NCBI GenBank assembly: GCA_028534125.1
Contig: CM052818.1
Span: 15,006,001 to 15,070,000 of the forward strand
DNA: 64,000 nt
Direction of reading: 5' to 3'
DNA from: Lama glama
Lineage: Eukaryota
Below are positions 11,150-23,049 of the stretch, one piece after another; within the stretch, counting starts at the first letter, position 1; each line of letters starts with the position of its first letter. Below the pieces are notes generated by a model. That model did not search any database, had not been told where the DNA came from, and saw only the letters and a list, made by a program, of their open reading frames with translations. Made by a program: the position numbers and the translations under genes.

Positions 11150-11860
11150 GTGTGGGTCCCATGGAGCTGGGCCAAGAGTTGAGGAGCAGTGCTCCGGAGG
11201 CAGTAAGTGTAGGGGACGGCTGGTGCCTCACCTTGCCAGGAACCCCGCGATGGTCGGTGCTGCCCTGCCAGAAGCGTCTGCTGTAGCCTGAGATATATCC
11301 AACCAGCTTGTCCTGATAGGGGAAGTCCACCTTCCAGATGAGGGATCCGTAACCAAAAACCCACATCCTTCCCCTGATCTTCCTCCACGATGGCAGTGGC
11401 GGTGGTTGTAGCGGACGCAGCCGCCGTCCGGTTGGCTGTGGTCTCTGCCGGCTGGGACTACAGCTTTTTTGGACGCAGGCAACCGGCTGCGCAGGCGCAA
11501 AGGCTGCACTCCTTACGTGGGGGCGCAAAGCACACTGGGGCTTGCAGTTCGAGGAATATTTTCCTACTCTGAGTCAGTATTATTACTTTGTTTGCTTGCT
11601 TAGGGTATTAAGCATTGACCTCGTTTATACTAAGCAGAGGATTCGTCAGAAGTCTCCATAAATTTTCCTACCTTTTCTCCGGTGTGCGTCGGCAGAAGAC
11701 TACAGTACCCACAGTCCTTTTCTGGGATTTGTGGCTCTAAGGCAGGAACTGTCTACTGTTTTCAAATGAGGAAGGGAAGGAGTAGAGAAAGGGCAGGCGT
11801 CGTGGGTGTGTGGTCTAGATCCTGAGACAAGGTGTATTTGGGCGCCGCAGTTGGCATGTA
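11150..11860. promoter_or_regulatory. CHAC2: CpG-rich promoter of CHAC2
   Basis: Marked CpG/GC enrichment around exon 1. Perfect NRF1 motif TGCGCAGGCGCA (11488-11499), TACGTG (11514-11519), TGAGTCA (11570-11576), and an inverted pair of ACTACA..CCCA ZNF143/THAP11-like motifs (11699-11736). Confidence 0.8.
11232..11366 (-). CDS. CHAC2: CHAC2 coding exon 1
   Basis: ATG at 11366. Encodes [45 protein letters not shown] (ChaC WxFGYGSL and RRFWQ..HRG motifs). Donor AAG|gtgagg. Confidence 0.98.
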
Positions 11861-12537
11861 GAAAACATTTTGTTCTGTTTTGAAAAGTGGATTTTTGTCC
11901 ATATAACAGCATACAGGGGGAGCACAAGCTGGGAATGTATGCTGTATTTGATTTTACTTAAAAAAAACTTTACATTTTGAATAAAAACAAAGTTTACTGC
12001 AGAAATTTTGTACCTGTAGAAGAGCTACTATTATTTCAACAAAAATTGCTTACATATTTAAATTTTCCGTGTGAAACGACGTAATTCTTCTTTAGTATGC
12101 TTAGGAGCTCACTCAGAAAAAAAGTAGACAAAGGTTTTTAGCTCTTGTATAGAATTTGGAAGTCATACATGGAACCTTCTGAAATTGTATACACAATTCC
12201 GGATCTGTGTATATTTTGGGGGGAAGAAATTTAATAGCTTTCATGAGTTTCTTTAATGGATCAAGTATCCTAAAAAATGTTTTGATCTACTGGTTAGAGC
12301 TGCTGCTCCAAAATGTTGTTTAGGAAGCTCACTTGAGCCATGAAGGCTATAATTCTGTATGTGAAAACAGAAGCCTTAACAAATGATTGTTCTTTCTTGA
12401 GCTTTTATGTTTTCATGGTCTTTAACATTATGAAAGAATGTTAGAACATCCAGGTTCAGAATGTGTAATTTGTACTCTTAAGAAATCAGCAGGAACAAGC
12501 CAAAAAGAAAAACTTCATTTAAGAATAACTAGGTCTT

Positions 12538-13223
12538 ACATATACAATGGAATACTACTCTGCCTTAAAAAATGATAAAGTAATACCATTTGCAACAACA
12601 TGGATGGACCTAGAGATTATCATACTAAGAGAAGTAAGATGGAGAGAAACAAATATCATATCATTTATATTTAGCATTTTAAAAAGTGGTACAAAGGAAC
12701 TTATTTACAAAACAGAAACAGACTCACAAACATAGAAAACAAAGTTACAGTTACCAAAGGGGAGAGGGTGGGAAGGGATAAATTACGAATTTGGGATTAG
12801 CAGATACAAACTACTATATATGGAATAGATAAACAATAAGGTCCTACTGTATAGCATAGGGAACTATATTCAATGGCTTATAATAACCTATAATGAAAAT
12901 ATGAAAAAAAACCCAAACAGATTCACAGACATAGAAAACAAACTTATAGTTACCTGGAGGGGAGGAAGGGAGAGGAGGGATAAATTAGGAGTGTGGGATT
13001 TGCAGATACTAACTACTATATATAAAATAGATAAACAACAAAGTCCTACTGTTTACCACAGGAAACTGTATTCAGTATCTTGTATAATAGCCATTTAATA
13101 ATCTTGTTGTAATAACCTATAATGATAAAGAATATGAAAAAGATTATATGTATGTATAATTGAATTAATATCCTGTACTCCAGAAACTACACAACATTGT
13201 AAATCAGCTATCAGTTAAAAAAT
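12538..13223 (+). mobile_element. 5'-truncated L1 (ORF2 end plus 3'UTR) with an internal duplicated segment
   Basis: Encodes MEYYSALKNDKVIPFATTWMDLEIIIL (ORF2 C-terminus), followed by L1 3'UTR and an A tail. Degenerate TSD aataactaggtctt (12524-12537) and aataaccagatctt (13224-13237). Confidence 0.9.
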
Positions 13224-13289
13224 AATAACCAGATCTTTTAATATTTTCTCCAAGTTGTAGTTTCACTTTGCCTGGAATGGTTAGTTTCC

Positions 13290-13745
13290 CCTAACTTTTT
13301 AGAAAAATTTCAAACGTACAGAAGAGCTGGAAAAAAAGAGTATAGCAACCATTCATATACTTATACATATGCTACATGGATCCAATAATTATCATTTTGC
13401 CATAGTTGCTTTACTTTTTTTCCCGCTCTGTATATGCTTTTTAATCTAAAACTTTTGAAGCAAGTTGCATGTGCTGCCTTCACTGCTAAAACTTCTAAGA
13501 ATAAGGACATTCTCCTAATAACCACAATGTCATTATCACATCTAAGAAAATCAACAATAATTACAAAATCAAATGTCTATTCCATATTCAGATTTCCTTA
13601 ATCATCTCAGAATTGATTTTTGAGCTGATACTTTGTTTACCAGTTCAGATCCATCTGAGGTTTATGTAATATACGTATTTGGTTATTACATTATATGTAT
13701 TCTGTTGTTAGACTCTGTACTCTCTTTTCATCTAGAACATAGGGA
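13290..13745 (-). mobile_element. Ancient L1M (L1MC/ME-like) 3'UTR fragment
   Basis: aaaatttcaaacgtacagaa..ctaagaataaggacattctc..aaccacaat..attatcaca motifs; similar to the copy at about 23050-23700. Confidence 0.55.
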
Positions 13746-14149
13746 GGTTTTTAATAAAAGGAGATCTTGTTAACAGTTTATTCATGTGAACTAGTTGGTA
13801 TTAAGAGTTGAAGGGAATGATTCTGCTATTATAGTACTTTTCTTTTGGCTTCCCTTTCCCATTAGCTCAGAGGTATTATCCAATTCTGTTCATTTTTTTT
13901 AGGTTTTGCATGTTAATCTGGATCTATTAACATCATTTGTAACTGTGAGAAAAGCTAGTAAAATTTGGAAGAGAATTTGTATCTGTTTTTACTTGAGTGC
14001 TGTTTTTAATATCTTTGGAATAGTATTCTTACATGTGTGTGTGTGGTTTTCCTATGTAGAAAGAAGTTTTCTTCTGTTAGATGAATATGCATATAAATTG
14101 CCCTAAAATGTGAGATTTGTTATTATTTTGTGAAACTTGGATGTAATGG

Positions 14150-14635
14150 CCTTGGCTAGAAGTAGTATAGTTCAAAACAGTACAGCTTAGCATTCAGGAT
14201 CCTCCAATTTGGCCTTCAGCTACCTCCATAACCTCACTTTTCTACTGTTCTTTGTTTACTTGATCATCCTTCCAAAGTGAACTAATTGTTTCCATTATTC
14301 ACTCACCCTTGCTTATTTGTTTCCATAATTTTGGGTATATTTTTCCCTCTGCCTAGGAATGCCCTTTTTTGCCTGTTATTGCTACATCCTCCCTCTCCTT
14401 TAGGCCCAGCTCGAATCCCTCACCAAGTTGAAGGAGTATCTCCCTTCCTTACTCATGGCTCTTTATCTGTACTTCTCTTATGACACTCCTGCTTTCTGTT
14501 CTGAATCACATGTATTTATCATTTCTATAAGACGGTATATAACTTGAGATAGAATCTGTCTGTGTTATCTTTATATTCTCCACATTGCTGATCATCTAAT
14601 TGGTGCTCAGTAAATAACTATTAGCTGAATAATTA
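14150..14635 (+). mobile_element. L2 fragment
   Basis: tgcctaggaatgccctt..aggcccagctcgaat.. ending in ggtgctcagtaaataactattagctgaat. Confidence 0.55.
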
Positions 14636-15858
14636 AATGTTCTGTAATAAATATCTTTACTTTCTTAGCAATGGGCCAGTTGATCCAATCAGATTAATTC
14701 ATAGCTAACATTAGCTCTTTTGCTCACTATAGAAGCAGCTTCTTGCAGTTACAGCTTTATACTTAAATGTGACTATAGATAAGTTTAAATTTACTATAGG
14801 AAATACTGTGTGCTTTCTTTTAACCCCTTCCCTCAAACACCTTTTCTGATTAAATTATTTAGAATGTGGTTCTAGAAAGTTTTTCACCTGTATTGGACTA
14901 GCCATGTTGTTGGCATTTCCTGAACTATCTCCTAAGATCTTTAGAAAAACTAAGAGGAAGGATGGGATCGAAGTGTTACTGAGAGGGACTACCCGTTGGG
15001 AGATTACTGTTGCCCTGAAAATCCTGGATCTTAGCCCAACCTGCCTCATAGTGTGACTAACAAGAACTGTCCTTGTAAGAGTCATATGCTGAACTACACT
15101 GGACGCTGGCTCCAGGGGAACTTGAGATGAACTTTGAAGGGAGATTGTGAGGAAGAGGGCAGTAATGCTTTGAAAAGCTTTCTGGACTAGTGTAGGAAAG
15201 CTGGACCCATCTCTTTATGATGCTCTTTATTCCTTTTAGTATATTCAGTCAGTGGGACTGTTTCATCAAGGAAAGAGAACCTGAGTGTTTAGCTCCTTCT
15301 GGAAAGGACCAGCAGGGGCAGAAAAACTAGAATTTCTACTTAATCTTCTTCTTTTCAAAAAATGTCCTTCACTTTTTTCCTAGCTTTTTTCGGTTTAGTT
15401 TTTTCCTGTAGAGGACTATAAAATTAATTCTTGAGGCTGAGCATTGCTTTTAGTTAAATGGCCGTCTCTGCATAATATACACTTGGGATTAACTGAAGGT
15501 GTTTAGTTCTCTCCTCAACAGAGTTCCATTGAGTGCATTTTGTTGGAGTATCCACAGAAGCAGAAGCCTGCAGGATGGAGCTGCTTGGACAAGGAATGAT
15601 GGAACCCTTAAAACTTCCTTGATATCTTTAATAAGAGCATTCTTAGGAGTCCCAGTCCCCCAAGCAGAGAGACTCCCTGGTTTAGACTAGCAGAGGCTAT
15701 GGCTTAGCAGCTGGCTGTGTCTACCTCAGGGTCTCCCCCGGCAGTGTCCAGAGAGGTGCTGGAAGGACCACTGTGATCAGCTCATCCCTAGGAGTGCAGT
15801 GCTGTTTTACTGACACTAGTGTTTTCTTTCTGCCTTGTTTTATAGACTGGTCAAAAGG

Positions 15859-16054
15859 ATGGATTTTACGGAGGCTTACTCTGACATGTGCTCCACGGTT
15901 GGACTTGCTGCCAGGGAAGGCAATGTCAAAGTCTTAAGAAAACTACTCAAAAAGGGACGTAGCGTTGATGTTGCTGATAACAGGGGATGGATGCCAATTC
16001 ATGAAGCAGCTTATCACAACTCTGTAGAATGTTTGCAGATGATAATTCATGCAG
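15859..16054 (+). CDS. ASB3: ASB3 first coding exon (exon 2; the exon begins at 15846)
   Basis: Acceptor ttgttttatag|ACTGGTCAAAAGGATG. Encodes [65 protein letters not shown] (ankyrin repeats). Donor G|gtaaag, phase 1. Confidence 0.97.
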
Positions 16055-16674
16055 GTAAAGTAAATTCAAGGTCTGGGAGGCCAAGTTTGCAAACTGGATT
16101 AATAAAACATAGAAAAATGGTAGTATGTGACTTATTAACAGTAGTATTTGTTTACCTTTCTATAACCATACAGTAACTGCCTCTGTGTTATTAAGAGTGG
16201 TAAGGTTGCCCACCTCATATTATATGACAATGGTGTTCCATCTGGACATCTATAAATGTTGTCCTTTATCTGGAGATACTTATGCCTGGCTTGTTTTTGT
16301 TGTCTGAGCAAAGTGATGTGGCAAAAGTAGTCCGCTATCTTAACTTAAGTATTTGGTAGTTACTGGTCATATTTATTCTTTATCCCTTCTCCAAAGAAAA
16401 GGGACTGTGCTACTGAAATTGAGAATGAGTGTTTTGCTTGAAGGAGTCTTTTTTTTTTTTAACTTTTCAGTTTCCTTAATTTTGAGACTCTTTCCAATTA
16501 CTTTGACTTCGTGTTTGCTGAGGATGCAGAAGAGAGCAGGACGGACAAGGTCCCTGCCTTTATATTCTTGTTAGTGGGGACAGATGATAAATACATAAAC
16601 AGTTAAACAGGATAATTTCAAAAGGCAAAAGTGTTGTGGGAAAAATACAACAAGAGTGATGGGACAGAGAGCAA

Positions 16675-16848
16675 TCATGCACCTCTCTTTCCAACTCTGT
16701 ATTTGGTTGACTTCATGCTTGTAGGTTGAGATCAGCTATGTGGGAGTGTTTATACCACAGAAATCAGCCAGTGCTACAAACCAGTTCTATAAGCTGGTTT
16801 TCTTCACTCCCTGAGAGCCAGTTACATATTTGCCAGCACAATACTGGG
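16675..16848 (+). mobile_element. MER63-like hAT DNA transposon fragment
   Basis: ccaactctg..gtgggagtgtttataccacagaaat..gagagccagtt..atttgccagcacaatactg resembles the recalled MER63 consensus. Confidence 0.55.
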
Positions 16849-16909
16849 TGAAAGGCTCAGTAAATGAGACTATATGAGAGTCTGGCACCCAGGAGATGGG
16901 GCATGAGAA

Positions 16910-17140
16910 GAGAGTTAATGGTGATTGAGCACTGCTTTGTAGCAGTCACTGTACTAGACACTTGATTTACATTATTTATCTAACATACAAAATGCCGTTG
17001 AGTCAGTGTTGTTCCTGTTCTGTTATTGAAAAGGCAAAGGCTCAAAGAAGTTAACTTGTCAAAAGTTACATTATAAAGTAGGATATCTGATTCAAATCCA
17101 TTTCTCTCTGACTCTAAAGCCCATGTTTTTCCACTATAGC
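16910..17140 (-). mobile_element. MIR SINE
   Basis: MIR core aggctcaaagaagttaacttgtcaaaagttaca..gattcaaatcca..ctgactctaaagccc. Confidence 0.6.
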
Positions 17141-18839
17141 ATGCTTCCAACATTTAATCAGAATAAACATTTTAAACATTCAGTCAGTTTAAACTGAGGT
17201 TGAGTGTAATACTTCATGTTATGACACTCAGTAGACCTTTTACGTTTCACTGATCATGGCAATTCAGATTCTTCTTCCCTGTGTACTTACCACCACATAT
17301 AGCTGCTCAGAGTGTAGACTTCCAGGGCCATAGCTCACCAGAATTATTAACTTACTATCTCATGGGTAGGAAAGGAAGCAATCCTTACAGGTTTTTGATG
17401 TGGTTGTTTGTTTTAAGGGATGAGGGATGGCAAGGCTGAATTCTCCAAATGATAACACAGGGAGTTTGTTGTGACTGCTTTTTACATTGCATGTTCTGGA
17501 GTCTATTATAGTGGAATGTTTAAAGGTATTAGAAAAATAGATTTTATGCCTCAAAATTTAAAATACATGTTTTTAGAATTGAGTTCTCAAACTATCTCTA
17601 GTGACAAAAGCATGAATTTGAATATTCATTTCTAGTCAGAAAGCTCATTCCAGATATACTGTTGTCTCTTCCCTCCTCAGAAGAGAGTTGTTTATGTTAC
17701 ATTTTTCCCCCTGTAACTGTTGAATAAAATGAGGCATACTTTTGACTAAATGTGTTTGAACTGGCTATTCAAGTCATCTGTGCTTTCTCTTAGAAATTAA
17801 AAATATCACCTTCATTGTTAATGACTTTTTTAGGCTTGGTGTTTTTGGATGATAAGATAGTCAGACATAGTTAAGTGTGTGAATAGTTGATATAAGTGGT
17901 CAAATAAAATTTTCTCATGATTTTTATTGGAGTTCACTATTATGAAATAAATTTTAGGTGAGCCTAATTTGTGTACTGCATACACAGGGATTACAGTGAG
18001 AGGTAAGGAGATAGAGTTTACAGAGGGTAGGAAGCAGCTATATGACTTATTTTAGGAGATAGTGACATTTTTGGTCTTGGTCTTCCATGTGTTTGGTTGT
18101 TCTGTGTAGTTGGAACTAATGTCCAAAATTCTGTAACATACGGTTATCTGATTCACTAAGTAGAAAAATCAAACTAAAATGAAGCAAAAAGGCTATATGG
18201 TCTGTTGGTCACTTTAAAAATCTTTTCTTTATACCCTGGCTCATTCCTCCTTTTGTAAGTTAAAGCCCATACTTTATTCAGATCCCCTGCCTTTTAAAAA
18301 AGATTATAATTTCAACGTCTCTGAAAGTTCAGAAATATTGACCAGTGGGGAGTGGTAGTTGACCACTACGTAAAAAGTCAAGCTAGCATACAGCTACATA
18401 TAAGGAGGTACTTTAAAGTGATGGTGAAATAGAAATATTTCTAGTCTTGAGAGTGATGTGAGGGCTCTTATGCTTAATGATAGCAATGACATCTTTATAT
18501 CTGTACCAGGTAACTTGGTATTATGGGTTAATCTTAGAAGTTTCCAAAACAAGTTTGACATTTCTGTCATTCTTTATACTTGCTATACCTGTGTTTTATA
18601 TGATTCATAATTCTCTTGTCCCTTGTGGTTCAGCTGGTGTACATAAAAGTGTCTTTTACTATATAATTTCCACTTCCTTGAATTTCATCTAGTATTAGTG
18701 AACTGCCAGAGTCCTAAAACATACTTTTTTAAAGTACAAAGGTGCTCACGTCTACACAAAAATAAAGAGTCTCAAATGGTTAGAAAGGCTTTGCTTTACT
18801 GTCTTCAATTTAAATCCAAATCTAGAAATCATCCATGGT

Positions 18840-19016
18840 TGTATTCTTTTTAAAAAATTTTTTAAATTAGTTTTTTGTTTGTTTGATTTCTTTGGTGGGG
18901 GTGATAATTAGATTTGTTTGTTTGTTTGTTTATTTTAATATAGGCACTGGGGATTGAACCCAGGACCTTGTACATGCTAGGCATGCACACTACCACTGAG
19001 CTCTAAACCCTTCCCC
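18840..19016 (-). mobile_element. tRNA-derived SINE (Vic-1-like)
   Basis: ggggattgaacccaggacc..ctaccactgagct head. TSD catccatggt at 18830-18839 and 19020-19029. Confidence 0.88.
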
Positions 19017-20932
19017 TGCCATCCATGGTCTTCTCATTCAAGTTGGAGAACATTCAAGTGTGGCATGGATTACTTAGAAATGTAATATACATATGTATGT
19101 ATATACTTCACTTTAGCTTTCTGTATAAAGTATTAGCACAAATAGCCAATTTGCTTGTCTTTCCTGTATGGGAAGTTTGGTGTAATAGGTACTTAGATTT
19201 CATGGAATTTATCATCTTGGAGGGCAGTATTGATCTTCAGTGGCAGTTAATATGCCATTTAATATTAAACCATCTGCTGACTAAAGGTCACTTAAAATGT
19301 TGTAATTAATTAAAACATGTTGTAAACAAATACTTGTGTGGCAAATATATGATCTAATTCATAGTACTGTTTATTGATACATGTTAAGAAAATATTATGC
19401 TGTTATACTGGGCATGATAACAAGATACTGAAGATTCTTAGATGAATAAGGCAGCGTAGCACAATGATTAAGAGTTGTGTTCAGATGGACCACATTATTT
19501 TGCTAGTTCTAACTTTAACACATGGTATAATAGTAAGTTTAGGCTCCCCTCCATATTTTCATTGTTTATTTTTCTAAATTCTTTGTTATTCTTACCTGCC
19601 TTCCCCCAATCCCTATCAACTTGAGTCATTTTCCAAGGATAAAGCCAACCAATCAACCAACAACCAGCTTTTTTGACATTTTGATTAGAATTACAATGAA
19701 TTTATTATTATTTGGGGAATAATCAGCATCTTTATACTGTTGAAATGTTCTATTTGGGAGCTATGTACATAGCTAAATCTCTGTGTGTTCTTAGTTTTTC
19801 ACATCTTAACCTTATAGTTTTACAGATATCTGAATAAATGTCAGTTTCTGACTAATCTGGGGAACACTTTTGTGATACAGAATTTTAAAATATAACTACC
19901 CTATCTTGCCATTTAGTTCTGTATCCTGTAAAGCTGAAGTCTGTTTTCTTGATTTAAGCTTGCGAGCTATAAGTTAAATATTATTATGGCTTAGTCTGCC
20001 ACTTTCACCGTTGAGTTACAATTACAAGAATTACTTAAAACATGATTATTTTAGTAAGGAGCATTCATTTTAACTCTGATATTTCAAGAGAATATTATTT
20101 AAAGTTTTTAAAAAATTGTTTATTTTTTGTTTTTGTTTATCACTGCTCTCAGCAATGCCTTCCCCATTCACCTTACAGCTAGCCCAGCTTTCTGTTGTGG
20201 GCTGTTGTGGGTTTAGAATTTTATTGTTTTGGAAGCAAAGGTGAAAAAGTCACCTAATACTATCTTTTGCTGTGGAGTTAAAAAACTTTAATGTAGCTAT
20301 TATTTACATAATTTGAATGTTACCAAAGATTTTCATAGCAAGCCTCAAAAAACTTAAATCAACTCATAAGTTCCATACAAATTGTTTGCCACTGTTTGAT
20401 TTCTTTGGAGTGCATTTTATTATTTTAGAAATGCAGTCCTCATTAATGACTAGAATGTAGTTTTAGATTAGAAAAGGAGTATTTTAAACTACCTTCATGT
20501 TGTTAGTTGAATACAAGGAAGTAATGCTAGAGATGAGACCATTTCCCTCATGGAAATTTAGAAATAAAAAAATCTAGTTTATTAATATTTCAGTAAATCT
20601 TGCTTAAGCAACTCTCTGGTTCTTGATCCTCTTTGAATCCTGCTTTGTGTTACCTTTCAGTTCCTGCCACTCTGCTTCCCCCACTTGCCAAAAATTAGAG
20701 AAGAAAAACTGAGTGTGTGGTTAGAATTTGTGGGTTAAGAATACTGGAGAGCTATTTACACTGTGACCTTTGTAGAACATGTTCTTGATTTTCTAGAGAG
20801 TTTTAAACTATGAGAACTCCCATTTATAATTGTCTTTCAATATTTTATTAAATTCTTCTTGGAATCTTTGCTTTTTAATCGCAGGGAACAGAAGTTATAT
20901 CTTCTAGCTGATAATTTTTTATTCTTTCATAG

Positions 20933-21091
20933 ATTCATCTGAAAACTACATTAAGAGAAAGACTTTTGAAGGTTTCTGTGCATTACATCTTGCTGCAAGT
21001 CAAGGACATTGGAAGATTGTGCAGATTCTTTTAGAAGCTGGGGCAGATCCTAATGCAACTACCTTAGAGGAAACCACACCACTGTTTTTAG
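20933..21091 (+). CDS. ASB3: ASB3 exon 3
   Basis: ttctttcatag|AT..; encodes (D)[53 protein letters not shown]|gtgaag; 159 nt, phase 1/1. Confidence 0.97.
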
Positions 21092-21493
21092 GTGAAGTAT
21101 GTTATTTGTTGTACAAATACAACAGATACAATTTTTTATTTTTAAATTTTATTTTGCTAAAGAAATTGACTTTCCCTCTCGCTGTTGTACTTATAGTATG
21201 TTCTCTGGCAAATAGTATCCTGCTACTTCTTTGATTCTGAAAACCAAAAAGGTATTTTTAAAGTTTCCCCTTTGTTTTCTATTCTTGGATAGGTGATAGC
21301 ATCTGGGATTATCTTTAAGTGTTTATTTAAAGTTGTGAAATCTGTTCTGAATTGTAGTCACCATCATCCTTGTGTTCTCTGTGTTATTCTGAAGACCAAG
21401 TAAAGCTTAAATTGTAGCAATAGTTACAAAGTTACCTGTGAATGCCTTATGTTTGTTTTTGCCTTTTCTTAGCATTAAGAAATTAAGGTTTTA

Positions 21494-21781
21494 GACTCAT
21501 AGACATAGAATACAAACTTGTGGTTGCCAAGGGGGCAGAGGGTGGGAAGGGACAGACTGGGATTTCAAAATTTGTGGATACTGACAGGCATATGCAGAAT
21601 AGATAAACAAGATTATACTGTATAGCACAGGGAAATATATACAAGATCTTGTGGTAGCTCACAGCAAAAAAAATGTGACAGTGAATATATATATGTTCAT
21701 GTATAACTGAAAAATTGTGCTCTACAGTGGAATTTGACACATTATAAAATGACTATAACTCAATAAAAAAAGTTTAAAAAA
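21494..21781 (+). mobile_element. 5'-truncated L1 3' end
   Basis: L1 3'UTR with AATAAA (21762-21767) and an A tail. 17-nt TSD aagaaatt(a/t)aggtttta at 21477-21493 and 21782-21798, preceded by TT. Confidence 0.92.
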
Positions 21782-22229
21782 AAGAAATTTAGGTTTTATG
21801 GAAGAAATCATGGGCTAATCCTTTAATTAACTTAATATAATTAATTTGTTGTCTGTATGGATTCAGACTTCCTCAGTTACAGACTATTTTTTAATATCCT
21901 TAAGAACAAAGGCCAAATTCTAAAGGGCACACTTGTAGTACCTGTCTTTTTCTTCCCTGCCTCCCTTTCATCCTGTTTGTCTTCAGGGACATCGTGGCCC
22001 ATAAAGTTTGGTGGAATATGAGAAAATTAAGAGAATAAAACATATGTATAGAATGAGTGTTATCTGGACTATAGTTTTGGTCCTGCTATGTGTAATTTGT
22101 GTGCTCATTTGTTTAGTGTGTGCTTCAGTTTCCTCACTTGTAAAATGAGAGTTAAAGAACCTACCTAGTCTTTACTGGACTGGGAATAAAATGGCCAAGA
22201 AAATAATTTTTTCCCTGTGAATTTAAAAA

Positions 22230-23030
22230 TGTGTATTCTTTAAGTTTATGTACAATAAAATTCATTCTTTTTTAATGTACAGTTCTATGAGTTTTGATGT
22301 ATGCATTAAATTGTGTAAAGACAGTAACAGGCAAGACACAGAAGAATTCCATCACCTTCCAAAATTCTGTTATGCTGCCTATTTTTAATCAGCCTTTTCT
22401 CCCCTCTTCAGCCTTGACAACCACTGATCTGTTTTTATCCTTATAGTTTGCCTTTTTAAACAGTCATAAGTATATATGGAATAATACAACATGTAACCTT
22501 TGAGACTGACTTCTTTCACTTAGCATAATGCTTTTGAGATTCATACATGTTGTTGCATGTATCAGTAATTCATTCCTTTATTGCTAAGTAGTACTCCTTT
22601 GTATGAGTGCACCACAATTTATCCATTTAGTGGTTATTAGACATTTGATTTGTTTTCAGTGTTTGATGATTATTAGTAGATGGCTACGAACATTTGCATG
22701 CAGGTTTTGTTTGAATATAAGTTTTCATTTCTCTTGAATTAGTACTTAAGATTGTTGGGTCCCATGTGGTAAGTGTATGTTTAACTTTGGAAAATAGTTT
22801 GGAAGTTTCTTAGAAAGTGACTCTACCATTTTGCATTCCCTCCAGTAATGTTTGAGTTTCATTTTCCCCACCTCCTCACCAACACGATATTGATAAATTT
22901 TTCTTTTTTTACATTTTAGCCATTTTAATAGGGATTTAGTGGTATCTCATTGTGGTTTTAAGTTACATTTTTCCTAATTGCTAATAATGTTGGACATCTT
23001 TTCATGTGGCTACTTTCCTTTTTTCCTGTT
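22230..23030 (-). mobile_element. Old L1 (L1MB-like) ORF2 end and 3'UTR
   Basis: cttctttcacttagcataatgcttttgagattcat..ccattttgcattccc..ttagccattttaatag..gtggtatctcattgtggtttt. Confidence 0.8.
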
Positions 23031-23049
23031 ATTTTTGTGTTTAGTCAAA

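Noticed and set aside
11367..11528. N-terminal extension or upstream ORFs of CHAC2 suggested by the ORF track
   Set aside because: These ORFs start at non-ATG codons in GC-rich promoter/UTR sequence; ChaC homology begins at MWVFGYGS (11366).
11568..11579. NRF2 antioxidant response element in the CHAC2 promoter
   Set aside because: TGACTCA is followed by GA, not the GC required by TGACnnnGC, so it is only an AP-1-like site.
20885..20932. Alternative ASB3 exon 3 acceptor 48 nt upstream (aatcgcag|)
   Set aside because: It is in frame by length but contains TAG after 7 codons, and there is no evidence of use.
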